NCBI GenBank assembly: GCA_020849825.1
Contig: JADZFP010000296.1
Span: forward strand, 1-34,247
Direction: 5' to 3'
Length of the DNA: 34,247 nt
Origin: Saprospiraceae bacterium
Lineage (GTDB): Bacteria > Bacteroidota > Bacteroidia > Chitinophagales > Saprospiraceae
The notes under the pieces were generated by a model. That model had not been told where the DNA came from. It ran no database searches and saw only the letters and a program-made list of their open reading frames with translations. Below, in pieces: positions 9,163-16,559 of this stretch. Within the stretch, counting starts at the first letter, position 1; the number at the start of each line of letters is the position of its first letter. The translations under genes and the position numbers were made by a program.

Positions 9163-9429
9163 ATGCCGCGTTCGCTCAAAAAAGGCCCTTACGTACACCA
9201 CGCACTGACGGAAAAAGTCGCTAAGGCCAAACAAAGCAACAGAAAACAGGTGATCAAAACCTGGAGCCGCGCCTCCATGATCATCCCGGATATGGTCGGC
9301 GAAACCATCGCTGTCCACAACGGCAAAACATTCATCCCGGTGTTCGTCACCGAAAATATGGTTGGCCACAAACTCGGCGAGTTCGCGCCCACGCGCAACT
9401 TCCGCGGCCACGCCGGTAACAGAAAATAA
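9163..9429 (+). CDS. rpsS: 30S ribosomal protein S19
   Basis: 88 aa with [10 protein letters not shown]...[16 protein letters not shown]. Confidence 0.97.
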   Translation: MPRSLKKGPYVHHALTEKVAKAKQSNRKQVIKTWSRASMIIPDMVGETIAVHNGKTFIPVFVTENMVGHKLGEFAPTRNFRGHAGNRK

Positions 9430-9573
9430 TGTGCTAATGTGCTAATGTGATAATGTGCTAACGTGGATAATGTGAAAATTTTTCACATCCTGCACTTGAG
9501 CAAATCATCAGCATATTACCTAATTGGCACATCAGCACACTCCTAATTAGCACATTAGCACATTAGCACATTT
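9427..9573. repeat. Octamer-repeat palindromic element #1 (TAATGTGC arms / GCACATTA arms), rpsS-rplV spacer
   Basis: The left arm has 3 GTGCTAA copies and the right arm has 3 TTAGCAC copies. The arms are reverse complements. Internal mini-hairpin GTGAAAATTTTTCAC at 9472-9486. Confidence 0.9.
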
Positions 9574-9581
9574 TTAATAAA

Positions 9582-9944
9582 ATGGAAGCCGTAGCAAAAT
9601 TGCGCAACTGCCCGATGTCGCCCCGCAAAATGCGACTGGTAGTAGATAATATCCGCGGTAAAAACGTGGTGGATGCCCTTAGCATTCTCAAATATACCAA
9701 CAAGGAAGCTGCCATGTGGCTGGAGAAGCTCGTGCTGTCGGCTGTCAACAACTGGGAACAGAAATCTGACCAGGTTGGCGCAGCAGACGACTACGAACTC
9801 TACATCAAAACCGCCCACGTGGATCCGGGTGGCATTATCTACCGCTTCCTGCCCGCTCCTCAAGGCCGCGCCTATCGCGTCCGCAAGCGCCGCAATCACG
9901 TGACGCTCGTGGTCGAAAACAAAGTTCGCCTCGACGGAGAATAA
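9582..9944 (+). CDS. rplV: 50S ribosomal protein L22
   Basis: 120 aa with [26 protein letters not shown]. Correct position. Confidence 0.96.
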   Translation: MEAVAKLRNCPMSPRKMRLVVDNIRGKNVVDALSILKYTNKEAAMWLEKLVLSAVNNWEQKSDQVGAADDYELYIKTAHVDPGGIIYRFLPAPQGRAYRVRKRRNHVTLVVENKVRLDGE

Positions 9945-9994
9945 CAATAACCCCGATCCACCCTCATTCGCACACTCACTCATTCAACAATACA

Positions 9995-10897
9995 ATGGGT
10001 CAAAAAGCAAATCCGATTGGTAACCGCCTGGGCATTATCCGCGGTTGGGATTCTAACTGGTACGCCGACAAAGACTACGGTCTGAAAGTAGTAGAGGACG
10101 AAAAAATCCGCACCTACCTCCGCGCCCGTCGCCCGAAAACGGCCACCGCCGATCCCCGCGAACGCAACAAACCGATGCAAAACGGTATCAGCCGCATCGT
10201 GATCGAGCGTACCCTCAAACGCGTTACCGTCACCATCCATACCAGCCGCCCCGGTATTATCATCGGTAAAGGCGGTAAGGAGGTTGACCTTATCAAGGAA
10301 GAGCTCAAAGTGCTCACCGGCAAGGATGTCCAAATCAACATCTTTGAAATCCGCAAGCCCGAACTCGACGCCAACATCGTAGGCGAACAAATCGCCAAAC
10401 AAATCGAAGCCCGTATCAACTTCCGTCGCGCCATCAAAGGCGCCATCCAGGGCTCGATGCGCGCCGGCGCCGAAGGTATCAAGATCCGCGTAAGCGGTCG
10501 TCTCGGCGGCGCTGAAATGAGCCGTGTTGAAGAACACAAGGAAGGCCGTACGCCGCTCCATACGTTCCGTGCCGACATTGATTATGCACTTGCCGAAGCA
10601 CAAACGGTGTATGGCAAAATCGGTATCAAAGTTTGGCTCTTCAAAGGCGAAGTGCTCCAAAAACGCGAACTCACTCCTTTCGCAGCAGCCGAAGGCACCG
10701 ATCGTGGTGACCGCGGTGGCGATCGCGGCGGAGATCGTCGCGGCGGCGGTGAACGCCGTGGCGGTGGCGAACGCGGAGATCGTGGCGAACGCGGTGAACG
10801 CGGAGATCGTCGCGGTGGCGGCGGTGGTGATCGTCGCGGTGGCGGCGGCGGTGGAGATCGCCGCGGCGGCGGTGGCGGTGGCAATCGCCGGCGCTAA
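9995..10897 (+). CDS. rpsC: 30S ribosomal protein S3 with a roughly 70-aa C-terminal RGG/GDR repeat tail
   Basis: 300 aa. [16 protein letters not shown]-like [18 protein letters not shown] and RADIDYA motifs. Tail is [63 protein letters not shown]. Confidence 0.96.
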   Translation: MGQKANPIGNRLGIIRGWDSNWYADKDYGLKVVEDEKIRTYLRARRPKTATADPRERNKPMQNGISRIVIERTLKRVTVTIHTSRPGIIIGKGGKEVDLIKEELKVLTGKDVQINIFEIRKPELDANIVGEQIAKQIEARINFRRAIKGAIQGSMRAGAEGIKIRVSGRLGGAEMSRVEEHKEGRTPLHTFRADIDYALAEAQTVYGKIGIKVWLFKGEVLQKRELTPFAAAEGTDRGDRGGDRGGDRRGGGERRGGGERGDRGERGERGDRRGGGGGDRRGGGGGGDRRGGGGGGNRRR

Positions 10898-10930
10898 ACC
10901 GTGAACCTAGGATAATACCATATCTTGTTG

Positions 10931-10938
10931 TAACTTTG
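10931..10938 (+). promoter_or_regulatory. Candidate internal -7 box TAACTTTG in the 115-nt rpsC-rplP spacer
   Basis: Exact TAnnTTTG match 75 nt upstream of the rplP ATG. No clear -33 TTTG. Confidence 0.3.
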
Positions 10939-11012
10939 CAGCCCTTTACGCCGCAATACAGCAAGAGAAATAAATAAAATATTGATTGACAGGCTATTAA
11001 ATCATAGATACG

Positions 11013-11432
11013 ATGCTTCAGCCCAAACGTCAGAAATATCGGAAGCAACATAAAGGCCGCAATAACGGTCTGGCATACAAAGGAAGTTCCATCTCCTTCG
11101 GCTCCTTTGGCTTGAAAGCCATGGAGTTCAGCCGCCTGACCAGCCGTCAGATCGAGGCAGCCCGTGTGGCGCTCACCCGTAACATGAAACGGGAAGGTAA
11201 GGTCTGGATTCGGGTATTTCCCGACAAACCCATCACCTCCAAACCCGCCGAAGTACGTATGGGTAAGGGTAAAGGCGCCGTAGACCACTACGTCTGCGAA
11301 GTGCAGCCCGGTCGTGTGATTTTTGAAATCGAAGGCGTCAGCCAGGAACTCGCTTACGAATCCCTGCGCCTCGCCGCTCAAAAACTGCCGATCATCTGCA
11401 AAGCCGTCACCCGCTACGACTTCGAAGGATAA
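11013..11432 (+). CDS. rplP: 50S ribosomal protein L16
   Basis: 139 aa with [16 protein letters not shown]. Confidence 0.97.
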   Translation: MLQPKRQKYRKQHKGRNNGLAYKGSSISFGSFGLKAMEFSRLTSRQIEAARVALTRNMKREGKVWIRVFPDKPITSKPAEVRMGKGKGAVDHYVCEVQPGRVIFEIEGVSQELAYESLRLAAQKLPIICKAVTRYDFEG

Positions 11433-11476
11433 GCCCGATCGCCCTCATTCGCTCATTCGCACACCGCTCATTCAAT

Positions 11477-11737
11477 ATGGCAAAGGAAAAATTGGACCTC
11501 TCCGATAAAAACGTCGCCGAACTGCAAGCAGACCTCGGCAGCGCAGAGCAGGAATACCAGCAATTGAAATTCGATAACGCCGTGCGCGGCATTCCCAATC
11601 CGATGGAACTCCGCGAACTGCGCCGCAAGATCGCCCGTATCCACACCGAACTGCGCAGTCGTGAAATGTCCGCCATGTCGGAAGACGAACTGGCTCTGCG
11701 TTCCAAACTGCGCGCCCGTCGTCGCCGCCAGCGCTGA
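11477..11737 (+). CDS. rpmC: 50S ribosomal protein L29 (with a basic C-terminal extension)
   Basis: 86 aa. Lies between L16 and S17. Helical LRELRRKIARIHTEL core. The tail ...LRSKLRARRRRQR is longer than the usual 63-70 aa protein. Confidence 0.9.
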   Translation: MAKEKLDLSDKNVAELQADLGSAEQEYQQLKFDNAVRGIPNPMELRELRRKIARIHTELRSREMSAMSEDELALRSKLRARRRRQR

Positions 11738-11782
11738 TCAACCTATTCGCCCATACGCATTACCGCACATCGCACCAAAATA

Positions 11783-12043
11783 ATGGAAGAAGCAAGAAAT
11801 CTTCGCAAGCAAAAGATCGGCGTGGTTGTCTCTGATAAGATGAACAAGACCATCGCCGTCAAAGTAGAACGCCGCCTGATGCACCCCATCTACGGGAAGT
11901 TCGTGAAGCGTTCCAAGAAATTCTTCGCGCACGACGAAGAGAACACCTGCAAAGTTGGCGACAAGGTTCGCATTATGGAGACCCGCCCGCTCAGCAAGAA
12001 CAAAAGCTGGCGCCTGGTCGAAATCATTGAAAGAGCACAATAA
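11783..12043 (+). CDS. rpsQ: 30S ribosomal protein S17
   Basis: 86 aa with [27 protein letters not shown]. Confidence 0.96.
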   Translation: MEEARNLRKQKIGVVVSDKMNKTIAVKVERRLMHPIYGKFVKRSKKFFAHDEENTCKVGDKVRIMETRPLSKNKSWRLVEIIERAQ

Positions 12044-12049
12044 CAAGTC

Positions 12050-12415
12050 ATGATTCAGCAAGAATCCCGTTTGAATGTGGCCGACAACTCCGGCGCCAAA
12101 GAAGTGCTCTGCATTCGTGTGCTGGGCAGCACCCGCCAGCGCTATGCCGGCGTCGGTGACAAAATCGTCGTCACCGTGAAAGACTCCACGCCGGGCGGTA
12201 TCAAAAAAGGTACTGTGTCCAAAGCGGTAATCGTTCGCACCAAGAAGGAAATCCGCCGTCGCGACGGTTCGTATATCCGCTTCGACGACAATGCCGTCGT
12301 GCTCCTGAATGCTGCCGACGAACCCCGCGGTACCCGCATCTTCGGCCCGGTAGCCCGTGAGCTCCGCGACAAGGATTACATGCGTATCGTGTCACTGGCG
12401 CCCGAAGTGCTGTAA
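12050..12415 (+). CDS. rplN: 50S ribosomal protein L14
   Basis: 121 aa with [17 protein letters not shown]. Confidence 0.97.
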   Translation: MIQQESRLNVADNSGAKEVLCIRVLGSTRQRYAGVGDKIVVTVKDSTPGGIKKGTVSKAVIVRTKKEIRRRDGSYIRFDDNAVVLLNAADEPRGTRIFGPVARELRDKDYMRIVSLAPEVL

Positions 12416-12451
12416 TTCAACCATTTAAAAAAATATTATCCATTTTGTAAA

Positions 12452-12793
12452 ATGGCTACGACTAATAAAAAAGCCCGCGCACCCAAACTGTCGATCCGCA
12501 GAGGAGACACTGTGATCGTGATTGCTGGCGATGATAAAGGCAAAACAGGCGAAGTGCTGCAAATTATGCACGACACCATGCGCGCCGTGGTCGATGGAGT
12601 GAATATCGTGAAAAAACACGTGAAAGCTACCCAGACCGAAGAAGGCGGTATCCAGGAAATGCCCGCCCCCGTGCACATTTCCAACCTGGCTATCTTCGAC
12701 CCCAAAACTCAGACGGCTACCCGCGTGGGCCGTACCAATCAGGACGGTAAAAGCGTCCGTTATTCAAAAAAATCCGGAAACATCATTAAGTGA
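12452..12793 (+). CDS. rplX: 50S ribosomal protein L24
   Basis: 113 aa with the KOW-type [21 protein letters not shown]. Confidence 0.95.
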   Translation: MATTNKKARAPKLSIRRGDTVIVIAGDDKGKTGEVLQIMHDTMRAVVDGVNIVKKHVKATQTEEGGIQEMPAPVHISNLAIFDPKTQTATRVGRTNQDGKSVRYSKKSGNIIK

Positions 12794-13341
12794 TGAAATA
12801 CGTAGCGCGTCTTAAAAAGAAATACAACGAGGATGTTGTGCCTGCACTGATGCAGCAATTCAACTACTCCTCCGTCATGCAGGTACCCCGTTTGCAGAAA
12901 ATCTGCATCAATCAGGGTATCGGCGATGCCACGGGCGATAAAAAACTCGTCGACCTGGCTGCCGCCGAACTCAGCACGATCGCCGGCCAAAAAGCCGTCG
13001 CCACCAAGGCCAAGCGTTCGGTCTCGAACTTTAAACTTCGCGAAGGCATGCCCATCGGCGTACGCGTAACGTTGCGCGGCGAACGTATGTACGAATTCCT
13101 CGATCGTCTTATCCAGATCGCTCTCCCCCGTGTGCGCGACTTCCGCGGTATCAACGACAAAGCTTTCGACGGCCGCGGCAACTTTACCATGGGCATCACG
13201 GAGCAAATCATCTTTCCGGAGATTGATATCGACAAGGTCAACAAAATCATGGGTATGGATATCACCTTCGTGACCAGCGCCCAGACCGATGCCGAGGCTT
13301 TTGCCCTGCTCAAAGAACTGGGCGTGCCCTTCAAAAAATAA
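12793..13341 (+). CDS. rplE: 50S ribosomal protein L5
   Basis: [20 protein letters not shown]... I prefer ATG 12793 over the track's GTG 12790. It overlaps the rplX stop as TGATG, a translational-coupling layout. Confidence 0.95.
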   Translation: MKYVARLKKKYNEDVVPALMQQFNYSSVMQVPRLQKICINQGIGDATGDKKLVDLAAAELSTIAGQKAVATKAKRSVSNFKLREGMPIGVRVTLRGERMYEFLDRLIQIALPRVRDFRGINDKAFDGRGNFTMGITEQIIFPEIDIDKVNKIMGMDITFVTSAQTDAEAFALLKELGVPFKK

Positions 13342-13373
13342 TTTCGATACCAGCCAATACGATCATATAAAAG

Positions 13374-13643
13374 ATGGCAAAGAAATCCATTATCGCCCGC
13401 GAACACAAGCGCCAACGTCTGGTCGCCAAGTATGCTGATTTGCGCAAAAAGCTCAAAGAAGCCGGCGAATACGATGCTTTGGACAAACTTCCGCGCAACG
13501 CCAACCCGATCCGCCTGCACAATCGGTGCCTGCTCACCGGCCGCCCGAAAGGGTATATGCGCAAATTCGGGATCTGCCGCGTCAAGTTCCGCCAAATGGC
13601 GCTCGACGGCAAAATTCCGGGTGTAACCAAAGCCTCCTGGTAA
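13374..13643 (+). CDS. rpsN: 30S ribosomal protein S14 (long form lacking the CxxC pairs)
   Basis: 89 aa, [14 protein letters not shown]...GVTKASW. Only two Cys residues, so it is not the short zinc-ribbon form. Confidence 0.95.
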   Translation: MAKKSIIAREHKRQRLVAKYADLRKKLKEAGEYDALDKLPRNANPIRLHNRCLLTGRPKGYMRKFGICRVKFRQMALDGKIPGVTKASW

Positions 13644-13716
13644 GTTTTTCACGGTCAGCAGGGTCATTTCGACCAACCTGGGCCAATTCTTCATTCGACT
13701 TTATTTTCCAAAACAT

Positions 13717-14124
13717 ATGCAAGTCACCGATCCGATAGCAGATTATCTGACCCGCATCCGCAATGCTCAAATGGCGGGCCATCGTATCGTCGAGATTCCG
13801 GCTTCTAAAATCAAGAAGCGCATGACCGAAATCCTGTACGACCAGGGCTATATCCTCAAGTACACCTTCGACGCTGAAGGCGCTCACAAGCAAGGACTCA
13901 TCAAGATCGCTTTGAAGTACGATCCGGTGACCAAACAACCGGTCATCCGCGAGCTCGTGCGCGTCAGCCGTCCCGGCTTGCGCAAGTTCTCCGGCGCTAC
14001 CGATATTCCGCGCATTATCAATGGCCTGGGTATCATGATCGTCTCCACCTCCAAAGGTGTGATGACCGACAAACAGGCTCGCGAACACAACGTCGGCGGA
14101 GAATTGCTCTGCTATGTGTATTAA
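13717..14124 (+). CDS. rpsH: 30S ribosomal protein S8
   Basis: 135 aa with TDPIADYLTRIRNA. Confidence 0.96.
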   Translation: MQVTDPIADYLTRIRNAQMAGHRIVEIPASKIKKRMTEILYDQGYILKYTFDAEGAHKQGLIKIALKYDPVTKQPVIRELVRVSRPGLRKFSGATDIPRIINGLGIMIVSTSKGVMTDKQAREHNVGGELLCYVY

Positions 14125-14163
14125 TGCTCACAACCTTAACTGATCACGTAAATCATCATAGAA

Positions 14164-14724
14164 ATGTCCCGGATAGGTAAAATGCCGATCGCAGTTCCTG
14201 CCAAAGTGGAAATCTCCGTCGCTTCCGATAACACGGTTACGGTGAAAGGCCCGAAAGGAACCCTGTCGCAAAAAGTTGACCCGGATATCAAAGTGTCGCT
14301 GGAAGAAGGCAATGTCGTTGTCGAACGCCCAACCGACCAGAAACGCCACCGCGCCCTGCATGGTCTGTACCGTGCCTTGCTCAACAACATGGTCACCGGC
14401 GTCAGCCAGGGCTTTGTAAAAGAAATGGAGATCGTGGGCGTCGGTTATCGTGTGGAGAACCAGGGTAACCTCGTTACCTTCATGCTCGGCTATTCTCACC
14501 CGGTCATCTTTGCCGTTCCGCAGGAAGTCAAAGTGACGACCGGCATGGAAAAAGGCCAACCGCCTTTTATCAAGCTGGAATGCCACGATAAAGAACTGCT
14601 TGGCCAGGTTTGTGCCAAGATCCGCAGCTTCCGCAAACCGGAACCGTACAAAGGCAAGGGTATCATGTTCAAAGGCGAAATCATTCGTCGTAAAGCGGGT
14701 AAAACTGCCGGCGGTAAGAAATAA
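14164..14724 (+). CDS. rplF: 50S ribosomal protein L6
   Basis: 186 aa with MSRIGKMPIAVPAKVEI. Confidence 0.96.
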   Translation: MSRIGKMPIAVPAKVEISVASDNTVTVKGPKGTLSQKVDPDIKVSLEEGNVVVERPTDQKRHRALHGLYRALLNNMVTGVSQGFVKEMEIVGVGYRVENQGNLVTFMLGYSHPVIFAVPQEVKVTTGMEKGQPPFIKLECHDKELLGQVCAKIRSFRKPEPYKGKGIMFKGEIIRRKAGKTAGGKK

Positions 14725-14783
14725 AATAGACTATAAGCAGCATCCCGGTCGGCAATCGGGAGCATCTATAACAGCATTCTACT

Positions 14784-15137
14784 ATGCAACGCACCCAACA
14801 GCAAAAACGTCAGCGCATTCACCTGCGCATTCGCAAGAAAGTCAATGGTACGCCCGAGCGTCCGCGCCTCACCGTATTCCGCTCCAATAAAGCGATTTAC
14901 TGCCAGGTGATCGACGATCTCAAAGGTCATACCATCGCTGCTGCCAATTCGCTCGAAAGCGCAATCCCGGCAGGCGTCAACAAAACGGAGCGCGCAAAAG
15001 CCGTCGGCAAACTGATCGCCGACAAGGTCAAAGCAGCAGGTATCCAGTCCGTTGTTTTCGACCGCGGCGGCTACCTTTACCACGGCCGCGTCAAAGCCCT
15101 TGCAGAAGGCGCACGCGAAGGCGGGCTGCAATTCTGA
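14784..15137 (+). CDS. rplR: 50S ribosomal protein L18
   Basis: 117 aa with [20 protein letters not shown]...[28 protein letters not shown]. Confidence 0.96.
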   Translation: MQRTQQQKRQRIHLRIRKKVNGTPERPRLTVFRSNKAIYCQVIDDLKGHTIAAANSLESAIPAGVNKTERAKAVGKLIADKVKAAGIQSVVFDRGGYLYHGRVKALAEGAREGGLQF

Positions 15138-15198
15138 TCCGCTTCGTATAGTACAATTATCGCACAATCATTCAATCGCCCATTCGCACATTTATACA

Positions 15199-15717
15199 AT
15201 GGCACGGCAAGAAGAAAATAAATCCCGCACCTCTGATTCCGAATTCAAGGAGAAACTCGTCTCCCTCAACCGCGTCGCCAAAGTGACCAAAGGCGGTCGT
15301 ACGTTCAGCTTCGCCGCTGTTGTGGTTGTGGGCGACGGCAAAGGCACCGTGGGCCATGGCCTCGGCAAAGCCCGCGAGGTCTCCGAAGCCATCGGCAAGG
15401 CCGTCAAAGACGCCGAAAAGAATCTCGTGAAAGTGCCGCTCCACAAAGGTACTATCCCGCACGAGGCGTTTGGTAAATTTGACGCCGGCCGCGTACTGAT
15501 CAAACCTGCCGCTCACGGTACGGGGGTGATTGCCGGCGGCGCTATGCGTGCCGTGCTCGAAATGGCCGGCGTACAAGACGTGTTGGCCAAGTCGCAAGGC
15601 TCCTCCAACCCGCACAACGTCGTCAAGGCTACCATTGCCGCGCTCCGCAGCCTGCGCAGCCCGGTTGAAGTAGCCCGCCAGCGCGGTATTTCGCTCGAAA
15701 AAATCTTCAACGGATAA
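15199..15717 (+). CDS. rpsE: 30S ribosomal protein S5
   Basis: The track ORF 15052..15717 overlaps rplR. The internal ATG 15199 gives [38 protein letters not shown], the canonical S5 region (172 aa). Confidence 0.95.
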   Translation: MARQEENKSRTSDSEFKEKLVSLNRVAKVTKGGRTFSFAAVVVVGDGKGTVGHGLGKAREVSEAIGKAVKDAEKNLVKVPLHKGTIPHEAFGKFDAGRVLIKPAAHGTGVIAGGAMRAVLEMAGVQDVLAKSQGSSNPHNVVKATIAALRSLRSPVEVARQRGISLEKIFNG

Positions 15718-15802
15718 TTTTGTTGTTCGCTGCTGGTTGTTCGTTGCCTGCTCTTTGCACAACAAATAACCAACAACGGCCAACGCACAACGAACAACGA
15801 AC
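15718..15802. repeat. Imperfect palindromic spacer built from TTGTTCG / CGAACAA short repeats (rpsE-rpmD junction)
   Basis: The left half GTTGTTCGCTGCTGGTTGTTCGTTG is complementary to the right half CAACGCACAACGAACAACGAAC. For example, GGTTGTTCGTTG pairs with CAACGAACAAC. Confidence 0.7.
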
Positions 15803-15982
15803 ATGAGCAAAGTAAAAATTACCTTGGTCAAAAGTCCGATTGACAAAACCAAGCGCCAGAAAGACACCCTGAAGGCTCTGGGTTTCCGCAAAGTCAATCA
15901 AACAGTTGAACACGAGGGCAATCCCCAGATTATGGGTATGGTCCGGGTTGTACAACACCTCGTTCAGGTTGAAAACGCCTGA
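15803..15982 (+). CDS. rpmD: 50S ribosomal protein L30
   Basis: 59 aa, below the ORF-track cutoff and read directly: [59 protein letters not shown]. Lies between S5 and L15. Confidence 0.93.
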   Translation: MSKVKITLVKSPIDKTKRQKDTLKALGFRKVNQTVEHEGNPQIMGMVRVVQHLVQVENA

Positions 15983-16091
15983 TCCGTTTTTAGGGCGTTT
16001 TTCCACAAACCTGTAAGGCCAAAACACCTTGCGGGTTTCCCTGCGAAAGAGCCAAATTCTAACTGTCTTTTACGAAAGAAAAAATATAACA

Positions 16092-16538
16092 ATGGAACTC
16101 AATAATCTTCGTCCGGCCAAAGGTTCGGTGAAAACGCGCAAGCGCATTGGCCGTGGTACGGGTTCGGGCCGCGGCGGCACTTCCACGCGTGGTCATAAAG
16201 GTGACAAAGCCCGTAGCGGCGCAAAAGAAAAGCGTCACTTCGAGGGTGGTCAAACCCCGATGCAGCGCCGTTTGCCCAAACGCGGCTTCCAGAACATCAA
16301 CCGCACCGAGTACGTTCCGCTCAACCTCGGCCAACTGGAGCAATTGGTCAAAAAGACTGGCCAATCCACGTTCGACCTCGCCGCGCTCGTAGCAGCAGGT
16401 ATCGCCAAATCCACCGAACGTATCAAAGTGCTGGGCAACGGTAAACTGACCGCCAAAGTGGAACTTACCGTACATGCTATCTCGGCCTCCGCCAAAGCAG
16501 CCATCGAAGCCCAGGGCGGCAGTGTTCAACTCGTATAA
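16092..16538 (+). CDS. rplO: 50S ribosomal protein L15
   Basis: The internal ATG 16092 gives MELNNLRPAKGSVKTRKRIGRGTGSGRGGTSTRGHKG, the canonical L15 start (148 aa). Confidence 0.95.
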   Translation: MELNNLRPAKGSVKTRKRIGRGTGSGRGGTSTRGHKGDKARSGAKEKRHFEGGQTPMQRRLPKRGFQNINRTEYVPLNLGQLEQLVKKTGQSTFDLAALVAAGIAKSTERIKVLGNGKLTAKVELTVHAISASAKAAIEAQGGSVQLV

Positions 16539-16559
16539 AGATTTTTATCCACCGTCGCA

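Noticed and set aside
8395-9411. A 338-aa minus-strand ORF antisense to rplB and rpsS.
   Set aside because: It lies fully inside two unmistakable ribosomal protein genes on the other strand. Its Ala/Gly/Val-rich, low-information composition is typical of shadow ORFs in GC-rich coding DNA.
10582-10884. A minus-strand ORF encoding a poly-Pro/Arg/Ser peptide ([30 protein letters not shown]...).
   Set aside because: It is the reverse-complement reading of the GGN/CGN repeats encoding the S3 RGG tail, so it is an artefact of the repeat.
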